Shown here piece by piece: positions 52,445-64,000 of a stretch of 64,000 nucleotides of DNA. Below the pieces are notes generated by a model that saw only the letters and a program-made list of their open reading frames with translations, had not been told where the DNA came from and searched no databases. Position 1 is the first letter of the stretch; every line of letters begins with the position of its first letter. This DNA is from Camelus ferus (Eukaryota). The position numbers and the translations under genes are program-made. Where the stretch lies: the NCBI RefSeq assembly GCF_009834535.1, contig NC_045696.1, positions 69,442,001 to 69,506,000 of the forward strand, read 5' to 3'.

Positions 52445-53176
52445 GTACCTCAGCAAAAGCCCCCAGTCTCCTCATTCATTCTAAGTGGGTCCAAGGCTCT
52501 GGAGGGGAGGACAGGGTTTGGGTTCTAGAGAAACACATCTCAACCTTTGCTTTCTCATCCGACCAATTATATCACACAGGACGCTGTATTTCCAGCCTCT
52601 GGAATTATCTTCAACAACTACACTGTAGGCAAGTGGTGAGAAGGGAGGTAGGTCGATCCCATGGCTGGCCAGACTGGCTTTATCACCTTTTAAGAACACA
52701 TTGCATAAAACTTCAGTGTACAGATCTCCTGAATAATAACAAGAATGTGGCCTAAAAATAGACAGTTGAGTCTTCCAAGACGGCCAAGCTGTCTCCAGAA
52801 TGTGACTGCCAAAACAAAGTTCACCACATCCAAAAGTTCTCCTTCATCCTTAAATGTATATTTAAGAACTCATTTTTCACATGAATTCACCAGTGAGCTC
52901 CTCTTTGTGCATTCCACAAAGTTCCAGAAAGGCAGCCTGGTGAGGTACAGAGAGTGCTAGAAAAGGAGATAGAACACCAGGGCTCCTCTGCCTCTGAGCC
53001 TTAAGTTTCCTTGTCTGGAAAGAGGCAGAGCAGCCCCTGCACTGCCCACCTCCCAGAGATGCTCCCAGATCCAATGAGAACATGCAGATTAGTGCAAAAC
53101 TTCGGTGATATTGATGGCTGAACCTTAACGTGGGAAATCTCTAGACACCTTGAAGGGCAGAAAGCCAGATGGAGCA

Positions 53177-53177
<1 letters not shown>

Positions 53178-53221
<44 letters not shown>
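53178..53221. repeat. (AC)22 perfect microsatellite
   Basis: Read directly. Confidence 0.95.
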
Positions 53222-53223
<2 letters not shown>

Positions 53224-54877
53224 TGCAGGTCAGTTGTTGACAGCTGGCATCTATCTGGTTATCCTGCATCTGTTCCAGTTGGACAGTGCCCACGCTGTAT
53301 ACTGGCTATGAAATATTTTGAATATCACCCCCAGAGATAAAAAAAAAATTACTCCTCAGGCTCTAAGATGCTTCTGGGTATCTCACAAATAATCACCCTT
53401 GGCAGATGAGAACATTGCTAAAAGTTATAAAGAATGTTGCTGTCCATTTCAAACACTATGGCACTGTGTTTGCTGAATTTTAGCTTGAGATCTGGAAAGG
53501 GAGGCACTAGGTATGAATATGGAGCAGAGCAGCCTCTCTGGATCTACGTGTCCTTCTGCTGAACCCACAAGTATGCTGAGGACCCACTCTTGAATCTGGT
53601 GCAATGGGGTCCTTGGTTGGAGGGTTGTTCACACACCTGCCCAGCTCCTGAGGCATTTAAAATCCAGTTGATGTTTTGAGCATTTACTTCAGAAGATAAA
53701 ATATATATATATATATATGCAAATAAACAATAACAAAAGAAACCCAGAAGACAGGACGTGCTTCAAGTGCAGTCATTTTAGCTGCAATCATCAAGGAAAA
53801 CTTCATGAAATAGCTCTTGAATTGGGCTCAGGGGAGGAGAAGTTTTTTTTAAGAGGTTGCAAAGAAGGAAGAGGGGGTATTTCAGGGCAATAAGGAGGAG
53901 AAGGAACTTGTGTGAGGGTCCCCATAGGGTGGGAATTCAGGAGACACACTAGAGGGTAAGAGCTGGGCTTGGCTGGAACTGTGACGAGGGTTAGAGTAAC
54001 TGAGGGGGAACAGTAGAATGGGGCTGCATTAAATGCCTTGCATGCCAGGTGAGGAAATTTGGATTTTATCCTCTGGGTAATGAGGTGTCATTAAAGGTTT
54101 TTGAGCAGGAGTGGCATGACTAATGTGATGTCCTGGAAAGGAAGTGCGTGGGGGCGGCATGCAGGACTTACCTGAAGTGGGAGGAGCCCAAGCAGTGTAG
54201 GTGCTGTGGCAGCTGCTCCAGGTAGAGAGACATTCCAGGGAAAGACAGGACAGAGTCTTCCCTGGATGACTGGATGAATAATAATAATAGCCAAGAGAAA
54301 GGACAAGTTTTGTGGGGAAAGAAGATAAGTCAGGTTTAGGGTGTGCTCTGATGAGACATCTGGCTTGAAGGTACCCACTGGGCAGTGACAAATGTGGAAC
54401 CAAGGCTCCAGAGGAAAATCGGGGCTGGATTTGTGGATTGGGAGGGTGCTGGGGTGGAGGTGATGGTTAATCCCACTGCTGTTGCTTTATCTAGGTTTAG
54501 GACCAGATGACCATACCTTCTAAGATCATATTTAGTTGGATCCCTCACAAGATCTGATCTTGTGCTGTGGGCACAATGCCACACCATTGTTGAATAATTT
54601 CAAGCTATGATGCCACTGCCCCGTCTCTGATCCTGACCTCAAACTTTCATCCCCGTTAACACTGTTTAAAGGCCACTAAGGCAGGAGACACTTAGCTGCT
54701 TAATCCCTCAGAAAACTCAGCCAGTAGACAAACACCTACCACCTCCTGACCTCCTCTCCTCCATGCCTGGATCTGCTTGCCAGTCACCTCTCCCAGAAAC
54801 TGTCTTGACACTGACTCTCATTGCTTTCCTCCTATTGCCTGAAACAGAGCTAATTTCTTTTTCTTTTGCCTTTTAAG

Positions 54878-54957
54878 TATAAGATCATCCCCACCCCGGG
54901 TACCCACCCCCTGCTTGTCTTGGTGAACCCCAAGAGTGGAGGAAGACAAGGAGAAAG
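54878..54957 (+). CDS. DGKG: DGK gamma exon 15; [26 protein letters not shown](R), start of catalytic domain
   Basis: ttttaag|TAT ... AG|GTATGT; 80 nt; NPKSGG motif. Confidence 0.95.
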
Positions 54958-56183
54958 GTATGTTCTCTTCTTTTCCAAGATGGGGAGGCTGGGTCAGCCT
55001 GACTGGGGTCCATCCTTCCTCTCAAGCACAGCAGCGTGGGCAGTGGAGACAGGCAGACCTGCAGTCCAGTCCAGCCCCACCACAGACCACTTGATGATTT
55101 AATTCAAGTAACTTAACATCCCTGTGCCTCCGTTTGCTCTTCTGTAAGATGGAAGTAATAATCATGTCTCCTCCTATAGGGCTTTTGTGAGCATTAAAAT
55201 AGACACACAGCGCTTAGCCTAGGGGCTGTCACGTGAGCCATTATTTCCAGTTCCCAGGGTCAGACCAAGTTCTGAGATGTCTGTTAAATTCCCAGCCTTC
55301 CAAGTCTTTTCTTTTCTTCTTTTTTTTTTTTAACATTTTTTATTGATTTATAATATCTAAGTCTTTTCTTGATAAAAGAGTTGTGGTGGAGGCACCTGGT
55401 TGAGACCTCCTGGCCTATCCCATCCCTGAGAAAGCAGGGCACCTGTCTCATCAGTGACGGAAACACCTAGTCTGCTGGGAGCACTTGGGGGTGGGGGTGG
55501 ATGGCCAGAACAGCTCTGGCTGCCAGTGTTCAGCTCTGGGGTGAGGAACAGATGGCATGTTGATCTGGAATCCAGGTTTTAAAAAACAGTAAGTAGCACC
55601 TAAGTGAGAATTGAGAGCCTCCACCCCAGTCCCAGGGGCAGAGCACCCCTCCTGAACTGACCTGATTAGCCTCAAGCTGGAGCCTTGAAACCAAGCCTAG
55701 ATGCAGTCACTGCCTCCAGCCCTCCTCTGCCCCAACCCCATCTCCTGCATGTCCTCCTGATCCCACGATGTGGGGACCTCTCCACAGAGCGTCCCTTGGT
55801 GCCTTTGTCTAGTCCACAGAGAGCAGAATCATACTAACTAGAACATACAGAACTTTTGGGAGAAGGTCTCCATGAAGGAAGAAGCTTTAGGAGAATGGAA
55901 GTCCTGTTCTCTGGGTTGATCTGCCCTTTCCTCTATGCAAGGGGTGGCTACTCCTTGGATGGTGCGGAGACCTTGAAACAGGGTGAGGGCGTGGGTGCGG
56001 CCAGCTGGACCTGGGACATAAGGGTCTGCAGGGCCTGCGTGCGGTCTTCTCCCCTCTTGGGTTTCAGTGGAGCCACATTCCCACCATCAGTGGGCTCCAG
56101 CAGCGCTTGCCCTGCTGTGACTTCTCACAATGACATTCCCCTTCTCTGTCTCCATCTCTCTGTCTCTCTTTTTTTTCCCATAG

Positions 56184-56258
56184 AATTCTTCGGAAATTCC
56201 ACTATCTGCTCAACCCCAAACAAGTTTTCAACCTGGACAATGGGGGGCCTACTCCAGG
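56184..56258 (+). CDS. DGKG: DGK gamma exon 16; ILRKFHYLLNPKQVFNLDNGGPTP(G)
   Basis: cccatag|A ... GG|GTATGG; 75 nt; phase 2-2. Confidence 0.96.
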
Positions 56259-57828
56259 GTATGGAGATACAATCTTTTCTTCCTATTTCTCCCCCTCACC
56301 CTTCAGTCTCTAAAGAAGATACCATTTTTGGGGTTGCCTTTTTTGTCTCCTTCGTCTGTGGATTTATCCTTCCTACCGTTTTACTGCTTTTCTCTTCTTT
56401 TCCTCATATCTACCCTGTGTCTTCCTGGAGATACTCAGGAATACTCATATGGCTGACTCTGGGAAGTAGCCTCCTGCCCTTCATCCCAGAAAAAGCTGTT
56501 GATTTTGCAGGAGGGAAAAATTGTATATGCCATTTCATCATTGGATTGCCAAGAAGGACAGGCTGGTAAATTATTTTCACTCACTTGCAAGGCTGCGTTA
56601 GCTGGTTCTTCATACTGAATCATCAGGAAGAAGGATAGGGTCTTCTTATCACTGTCAGTCAGTGGTTCAGAAATCTATACCGCTGATTCCAAGTCCTGCT
56701 GCGTGCTCTGCTGTGGGGCATTTTAGGACCAAGACAAGTGGTGGTTCAATGAAATCACTTTTTTTCTGGATCATCCAATTTAAAGGTTGTTAAGCTCTCC
56801 CCTGGCCCTTCTCCTCCTGTCATTTGCCTATTGGCTATTTCCCTGCTCTTTGGCAAAGTGCTGAGGAGAGGGACAGCAATAAGAGGAGACTAGGCAGCCC
56901 TTTTGCAGCCTGACCCAAGGTCTATGGGAGGAGCTGGTCCTCGTGCTGGTGGCTAACATGATGCGCTGTGGGGCCCTGTAATCAGAGGCCCCTCCAGCAT
57001 TGGGGCTGGAAGGTACCCAAAGACGGGGCTTCTTACTAGATAGAGCCAGTGCACTCGGGACCTCTGCCCGCCAGCCCGAGGCTATTCTCAGATCTGTGCC
57101 TCCTGGGCTGGGCTTTCTAACACACAGCTGCTTTGCCCAACCTTCCAACCCTTATTTCTACTCTGGGTTCAGCAACACCTTCAGAGGGGCTGGAGTAAGG
57201 AGTGTTAAAAGGGGCTCTGTCCCTGTCTACAATTGTTTGACACAAAGCTATTGTCTATGGCAGTGGTAGGACAAGACACACTAAAGGAGAAAGAAACATA
57301 AGTGCAGATGCAGCCGTGACTCACCTGTAAAACTAATTTCGAAATAGAGTCCACCTGTACTGCTGCGTGCCCCATCACGGTCACCGTGACTGCCAGTTAC
57401 TGCTCTGTTATGACTTGTGACCAAGCAGCAGCCCACAGATACCTTTACCAGCCCGCTCTCTTCTCGGGCACTTTGATACTTGAATACAGTCCTTCAGCTT
57501 AGCTGCATTATCCAAAATTGGTTTTGCCTTGGATGACAAGCCTGGCGGCTACTTCTCAGACTGCTGTGCCCTGAGTATCTCTGCTGTACGTGTCAGTGTG
57601 TGATCAGACAGGCTGTCTAGCTGAAGGGAGCCTCCGTTCTGAATCCACTTCCTATAGGAGAGCAGAGTTCTCAAGAGAAGGGGAGGAGAGGGAAGGTTCA
57701 TTTGCCCAGGCGTGCATCCATGACTTAGAAGGCTCCCGGGGTCTTCTCAGACCACCGTGCAGGGCAAAGAGGAAATACAGAGCTTCAGCCCCACCCCCAG
57801 GCCTCTACAGGTTACATCTGTACTAAAG

Positions 57829-58343
57829 CAGAGCTTCTTAACCTCTTTTGTGCCAGGAACCCATTTGGCAGTCTGATGTAGCCTACAGACCCTTCAGACC
57901 CTTTCTTAATAAATAAAGATAATATTTTTTTAAAGTATAAAACCAAATATATAGGATGACCAGGGAAACTAATATTGAAAAAGCAGTTATCAAAAGCTTA
58001 AGAAACAAATTTTTGCCATGAGGATATATGTGATTAACTGAGATATTATATAGCAAGTTCCAGAGGCAGATCTAATACCTATGGTAAATTAAAAGCAGTG
58101 ATGAGCACAAGTGATGACAGAAACTATCCACCACAGCCGTAGTAAGACAGTAAAACACCTGTGATTTCGGCTGCTTAACCAAGTCACAGGTATAGTTAAT
58201 ATCCCGTGATTTGCATCTTACAGTCATAGTGGAAGGAAACCCTAAATTTCAGTTAGAGCTGAAGGGAGATAAGAGGGTAATATGGCCCTCTGGATTCTAT
58301 CCACAGACCCCCTGGAGGTTCATGCAGCCAGTTAAGGGCTCTG
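57829..58343. mobile_element. hAT-Charlie non-autonomous DNA transposon (MER119-like)
   Basis: TIRs CAGAGCTTCTTAAC and GTTAAGGGCTCTG; 8-bp flanks TACTAAAG / CTCTAAAA resemble a decayed Charlie NTCTAGAN target duplication. Confidence 0.75.
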
Positions 58344-58585
58344 CTCTAAAAGGTTAAGGGCTTGGGGGGAGATGGTCCTTGCTCCACTTGGGTCCAAGTT
58401 CTAGACCCACAGGAGAGTGGCATGAAGACCCAGCTAGTTCAGTGTATCTGACTTAAAGGGAAGGTCGTGCAGACAGAACAGGTGAGGGAGCCAGAGAGAA
58501 GTCAAAATGTTGGGTGTTAGCCAAAATAAGCAAACTCTAGATTTCTTTTCATAAATAATAGAGAATTTCTAGAAGACCATTTTCT

Positions 58586-58675
58586 TCTTTTTTTTTAATG
58601 GAGGTACTGGGGATTGAACCCAGGACCTTGTGCATGCTAAGCATTGCACTCTACCACTGAGCTATTTCCCTCCCC
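58586..58675 (-). mobile_element. tRNA-Ala-derived SINE (Vic-1-like)
   Basis: Reverse complement reads GGGGAGGGAAATAGCTCAGTGGTAGAGTGC..GCTTAGCATGCACAAGGTCCTGGGTTCAATCCCCAGTACCTCCATTAAAAA; degenerate TSD ending ttttct on both sides. Confidence 0.85.
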
Positions 58676-58930
58676 ACAAAAACTGTTTTCTGTGTTGAAT
58701 GTTGAGTCAGAGTCTGCTTGAATAGAGATGGCTCCCTGGGATTCATGGTCAATGGCATTGCTTAGTAAGTTCTGGCTTTAGAACCTTAAGTGACCCTTTC
58801 AACTCCGAAAGGCATCAAGGTAATAACATACTCCCAGGGAAGGGAGCAGTGGGGTAGGGGGGGATTCTGACTCAAGGCGTGTCAAAGGTCAGCCTGTAAA
58901 CAAAACCATTTTGGCCTCTTTACTTCCCAG

Positions 58931-59016
58931 ACTGAACTTTTTCCGTGATACTCCAGACTTCCGTGTTTTGGCCTGCGGAGGAGACGGAACAGTTGGCTGG
59001 ATTTTGGATTGCATTG
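58931..59016 (+). CDS. DGKG: DGK gamma exon 17; [28 protein letters not shown]
   Basis: ttcccag|A ... ATTG|GTAAGA; 86 nt; GGDGT ATP-binding motif. Confidence 0.97.
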
Positions 59017-59809
59017 GTAAGAATGGGCTGGGAGGGCCTTTGCAGTTGACTTATAGTAAGTACATTAAGTCAGGAAGGCACTAAAGAAGAAAGAGAAATG
59101 GAGCCATGTCTTGCTTATCTTTGTTTCCACTCTTGGATCAATGCTTGACGAAGTATCTACTTTGGGTGGAAAAAAGAAAGGAAGAAGACAATGGAAGGGT
59201 TCCCACAGGTACAGATATAACAATTTAGTTTCAGCCTTGCCTCACAGTTATCTGCCATGGCTGGGGTTTGGGCAGTCGCAGGACAGGCCAGATGAGAAGT
59301 TGGGTGGAGAGAGATCAGGACTGAGACTCCAGGCAGGTCAAGGGTGCTGGATAAAGGCCAGAGAACTAAGCGTAGATGCACAGCCCAGGGCAAGTCACCT
59401 TGAGATAAACACCTGGAGCCGGAGCCCAGAAAATGCACGTAGAAAGCGCAGATCAGTGAAAGCAAAGAAAAGCTATGGTGGGCTGTGTCCAGCATACCTA
59501 AATCAAAAATAAAGGGCGATGGGGAAGGCCCAGGCTGGGAGTCTGGAGGCCTGGGGTCTAGTCCAGCTCTGGCTAGATCTGTGAATCCTTGGACACATCA
59601 CCCGCAGTAAATAATGGAGAGTGACTCTGAAATTCTGAGACATGGGGTATATTCAAGGTCTAACCCTGGAGAACCCACATAAACACCAGGACGTGGGTAC
59701 ATAAGCACAGGAAAACAGCCAAGGAGACTGCTGGGGAGGGTCGTCACCAAAGTCCCCAGAGCAACGAGCCCTGGGCTGCCTCGGTTTTTTTCATCCTTTG
59801 CTCCACAAA

Positions 59810-60570
59810 TCCTGCCAGTGCACTTCCAGGTGCCAAGTTCTGGCAATGCATCAGTGAACAAAAGGACAAATCTCCCTCAGGGAGCCTCCTTTCTAGAGGG
59901 AAGAGACAGGCAGTACACAAATAAATAAGTGAAACGTACAGTATGTCAGAAGGTGTTAAAAATATAGCAGTAAAGGGGCAAGGGGCGCTCAGCGGTGGGA
60001 GTGGGAGGTCCGGAAGGCCTTGAGGAGCAGCTGACCTTTGCATGGAGACCTGGAGGAGGGTGAGCCTTGCGGGTACCTGAGGGAAGAGCAGTTCAGGCAG
60101 AAGGAATGGCAAATACAAAGGCCCTGAGGTAGGAGGAGGCCCGGCTGCCGAGGGCTGCAGGAAGGCTTCCAGGCAGTGCGGGGTGGAGTGTGTGAGGGGA
60201 GAGGATGAAGGGATGAAGCAGAGATGATGCAGGGCCCAGTCACTAGGACATGTAGGACATTATACGGAATGTGGCTCTCATGCTGGGAATGTCCCAAGAT
60301 GCTGGATGGTGTTGAGCAAAGCAGAGAGGCAACAGATGCCAGAAACAGAAAAGGGCAGAAGCAGGGAGACTAGTTAGGAGGTGCCTGCGGGAATCCAGGG
60401 GAGAGGGGACCAGGGTGTGGACCATGGTAGAAACAGGAGGTGGTAAGGAGTCAGGTCGGGATATCTTTTGAAGGCAGAGCCAGCAGGATTTGCTGACAGA
60501 CTGGGTGTGGGAGACGAGGGGAAGAGGGGAGTCAAGGATGGGCCAGAAGAGACCCTGATCCGGGCGGAGA
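59810..60570 (-). mobile_element. L2 LINE fragment
   Basis: cagtgaacaaaaggacaaatctccct..ggagcc..ttctagaggg; gggaagagcagttcaggcagaaggaatggcaaatacaaaggccctgaggtagga. Confidence 0.8.
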
Positions 60571-61029
60571 AGGCTGGGTCCCCAGAGATCGCAAGCAGAC
60601 CACCTGGAGGGGTGGGGCCAGCACCACGCACACCTGCCACATCTGCTCCCCCACAGGCACTTTGGTTTCCATGGACACAGCCCTGCCAAGCAGCCACCCA
60701 CGCTCTCCTGTCACCTCGGGCTCTGGAGTTGTTTGTGGGAGGAGGGAGGCATCCTCTGGGAGCCAGGGAAGGAATTGCTGATCAGCAGAGGTTGGATGGC
60801 TGCAGTACCAGGAGCTCCCTCTCCATCCCAAAGGAGAAAGTAGGCTGTGCTGACAAGTTGTATAAGATCTACCTGCAGAGAACACAGGTGATAGAAGCTA
60901 CCAGGAACAGAAATATCATGTGAAAGGAGCTGCTTTTTCATGGGTTGGTGACCCAAGGAGAAAAAATTAGAGGGGTAAAACGAGTAACTGCACCATGTTC
61001 ATTCATTCATTCTTTCAAGAGAGATTAAG

Positions 61030-61650
61030 GCCCTTGTTCCGTGCTCTCCAGCACCCCTCTTGGTCCCCTTTGATCTGTTCTGCAACAGCCAGAGTGGTCA
61101 TTCCTGAGTGCCAGTGGGGACCATGATATGTAAGGCACATCAGTGGCTTCCCAGGAGTCTTAGATAAAAAGAAAACCCTTCAGATGCGCTACAGGGCCTG
61201 GAGTGATCTAGCAGCTGCCCCCACTTCCCAGCCTCATTTCGTACTCCCATTTCTCTCTCTCTAAACCCAGACACCCAGTCCCTCTCTCAGACCCTCGAAG
61301 GCACCAGTCTCCCTTCCACCACAGGACCTTTGCACAAGTTGCTCCTCTTGTCTAGTCTGCTCTGCTGGCCTTTGCTTGGTCAGCTTCTGCTTCAGATCTC
61401 AGCCAAAGTGAGGCTTCCTCAGGGGGAGCCCTCCCTGACACCTCATTACAGGACCACACTCATTTCCAGCATGAATTTGAAATTATGCATCATTTAAATG
61501 AAGACCTTGTTAATATCAGTCTCTCTCTCTCAAGTGTTAGCTCCCATGAGAGCCTGAGCCATAGCTTTTTACCTGCTCTCAGAGGCAGAGCATCTAACAC
61601 AGCACTTAGGCCTTCAATAAATACGTGTAGAGATACCACAGTGAATGAGT
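61030..61650 (+). mobile_element. L2 LINE 3' fragment
   Basis: cacaggacctttgcacaagttgctcc; gttagctcccatgagagc; catctaacacagcac..tcaataaatac. Confidence 0.7.
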
Positions 61651-63289
61651 TCCCCCAGGGAGGTTCCGGTACATTTGGGGAACAAATAGTCAATTGCAAG
61701 AGAGTGTGATGAGATCATGAGATCATCCTTGGTGCTAAGGAAACACTCTGGAGAAGCACCAGGTCCAGACTAGGGCAACCAGGGAGGGCCTCTGCTCTGA
61801 GCAACAGAGAGCTTGTGATTTAAAGCACCGAAAGCACTTCAGCGTGGTTGACATGTTGAGTGGGAGGCAGGATGTGAGAAGGATAAGGCTAGAGAGAAAG
61901 GCAGAGCCAGGAAGAGCCTCACTGCCATGCTAAGGGGTGATGGGAGCCATGGCAGAAGGGAACACAGTGGACTAGTGTGATCAGGCTTGTGATTCAAGGA
62001 TGCCTGCCTTGGTGGAAGTGTGGGAAACACACTAAGGCATGGACCTGGAGACCAAGAGGGCAGAGAGGAGGCAGTTACAGCAGTACCGGGGGAGGAATCA
62101 TATACCAGAATCCAGGATCACCATAGATGGAGAGAAGAGATGGCTTGGAGATCTATTTAGGAAACAACTTACAGAAATTGATATGTGAATGGATGTGGGG
62201 TGAAGGAGAGGAAAAACCCAGGGTGACATCCAGGTCTCTAGCCTCAACACTGTGAGGATGGTTGACTTGCTGGGATGGGGAGCTCAGAAGGAGGAGCAGA
62301 CCTAAGCAAACAAGGGCCTTCCAGGCAAAGGGAAGAGCCCGTGCAGAGGCAGGGAGGCACAAACGCGGACTGCATGTTCTGGGAACAGTGAGAGAGTCCA
62401 TTGCTTTACTCCATGCTCCATCTCAGCCCTCCCAGTGATGATCTCAGCCCTCCGTCTCTCCTGAGCTCAGCCATTTCTAGCATGAGTCTGACAACCTGGG
62501 GGACCTATGAACTCTCGTTTTGCTGGGGCTGCCCTAGCATGAGCCTCATGCAGGAGGCTAATTCTTGCATTGCCCCTGTCCCCCACTCAACCCCTACCCC
62601 TGCTCCCCAATCACATCACTCACATCCCGGCACCAGGTGCACTGAGATTTATGTAGGTGGTGTCCCCTGGAGCCCTGCAGGTGTCTGGCCTCCTTCAGCT
62701 TCCCCAGCTCAGCCACTGTGCTGCTGTAGATCTGCAGCCAGATTAAAACATACATGTTTCTCTAATGGTTTGGTCTGATGCTCCTTCACGGCCGTCATGA
62801 GACAGGATTAAGAATCTGTGTATTTGCAAGTCTGGGGGCGGTGAAAGTGGCAAACTGGTACCTGGGGGCCAAGTAACACCTGCGGCTTTGCTTGTTAGAC
62901 ACGTTGTTATTTTTAAGTTTTTGACCCTGAGTGACTAGAAGTGAGGCATCTTCAGTCTTCCAAGTGCCCCACCAATCTTCTGATGTCTCAGACCCACCTG
63001 TTTCACTATTTATGCACCTGCCTAGTCTCTGGAAAAAAGGAAGAATACAGACTTGGAGCCTCAGAGATCTGGGTTTGGATCCTGGCTCTGAAATTACTTT
63101 CCCTCTGTGAACCTCCGTTTCTTCATCCATGAGAATGACAATACCTTGCAGGGTCTGTCTGAGGAATAAATGGGGTAAATGCTGGTTATCGTTAAGGATT
63201 AAAACTGTGCAAACTAATGTTTTTGCGGTGTCTGCTGTCACCCTTAAGGAAAGAATTAGGATGAAATGAGGATGAACAGGTGCATGTTG

Positions 63290-63470
63290 CAGGGAGACAG
63301 ACTTAGCTCAATGTGAAAAAATCCTTTGCAGCGGTTAACACATTGCAGAAGGAAGAGATGGCTTTAGGAAGTAGTGAGTTCCCCATCGGGAGAGATATTC
63401 AAACAAAGAAAGCTATGGAGGGCTTCAAGCATTAGATCAGAGGTAACTAGACAACTCGGACATTCTGTAA
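63290..63470 (+). mobile_element. CR1/L3-like 3' fragment just upstream of exon 18
   Basis: ggaagtagtgagttccccatc...gatattcaaaca resembles the L3 terminus. Confidence 0.45.
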
Positions 63471-63512
63471 TCCCATGGCATATGGCTCTCTCTTCCTCTT
63501 CATGGGTCGCAG

Positions 63513-63602
63513 ATAAGGCCAGGTTCGCAAAGCATCCACCCGTGGCCGTCCTGCCTCTTGGAACAGGAAATGACCTGGCCCGCTGTCTCCGCTGGGGAGG
63601 AG
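63513..63602 (+). CDS. DGKG: DGK gamma exon 18; (D)[29 protein letters not shown](G); the gene continues beyond the window
   Basis: gtcgcag|AT ... GGAG|GTGAGT; 90 nt; LPLGTGNDL motif. Confidence 0.97.
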
Positions 63603-64000
63603 GTGAGTCTGCGTGGGAGGAGGGTCTGAGGACAAGCGCTCCAATCTACTGGGGCTCTGCAGAGCTAGGATGAACTTCCCTTTAAGGATGACGTTTCACC
63701 GAGTAATACTCAACTCTGGGGTCCTGTCTGCTCCATGCCTTTTCCCTGCCCTTGTTTCCAGGCCAAGGCCTGTGTTTACCCATCACTAGACTTACTATCA
63801 TCCCCAAACTCTCAGCTCAGAGCCTGCCTCCCCCAGTAGAACAAGTCAACTTTAGGGTAGAATCTCCTTTGTCTCCTCCCCAGTGTTCATCCCAGTAGGG
63901 GGCTCACTTAGACAAGGGTTTTCTGCATGTAATTCCCCCTCTCCAAATTACTGATCTTTTTCTGAAGTAGGACTCAGAATGCCGACAGAAAAGCCACATC

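Noticed and set aside
55856..56569. Longest ORF in the track (237 aa), overlapping exon 16
   Set aside because: It starts at TTG, reads exon 16 in the wrong frame, is mostly pyrimidine-rich intron, and shows no recognisable domain.
59810..61650. Inverted L2 pair (and the two opposite SINEs 31 kb apart) as dsRNA, editing or circRNA drivers
   Set aside because: The L2 copies are too diverged to pair stably, and the SINEs are short and far apart.
1..64000. CRISPR array, prokaryote-type operon, nested gene, processed pseudogene, U12 intron, or snoRNA/miRNA
   Set aside because: None recognised by eye: no regularly spaced repeats, all reconstructed introns are ordinary GT-AG, and no second coding signal beyond L1 remnants. 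Small ncRNAs cannot be excluded without an Rfam/Infernal search.

Overview
This is mammalian genomic DNA holding the 5' two-thirds of diacylglycerol kinase gamma (DGKG, a type I DGK) on the + strand. I reconstructed 17 coding exons by hand (ATG at 5908 to 63602). All introns are GT-AG, phases are consistent, and the exons join into 1600 nt of open frame (533 codons + 1 nt). The protein covers the N-terminal recoverin-like region, two EF-hands, C1A and C1B zinc fingers, and the start of the catalytic domain ([19 protein letters not shown]). Exon numbers assume a non-coding exon 1 upstream of the window, as I recall for human DGKG; the 3' exons lie downstream. Introns carry ordinary mammalian repeats: L1, L2, CR1/L3, MIR, MaLR and ERV LTRs, hAT MITEs and microsatellites. 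Two tRNA-Ala-derived SINEs resemble the camelid Vic-1 family, which suggests camel, alpaca or llama. Nearly all ORFs in the supplied track are spurious. I found no convincing novel biological system. The best leads are regulatory: two uORFs, a tandem AP-1 site flanked by NFAT-type motifs, splicing features around in-frame cassette exons, and a SINE with a possible 3' transduction. Repeat boundaries and family names are by eye and approximate.
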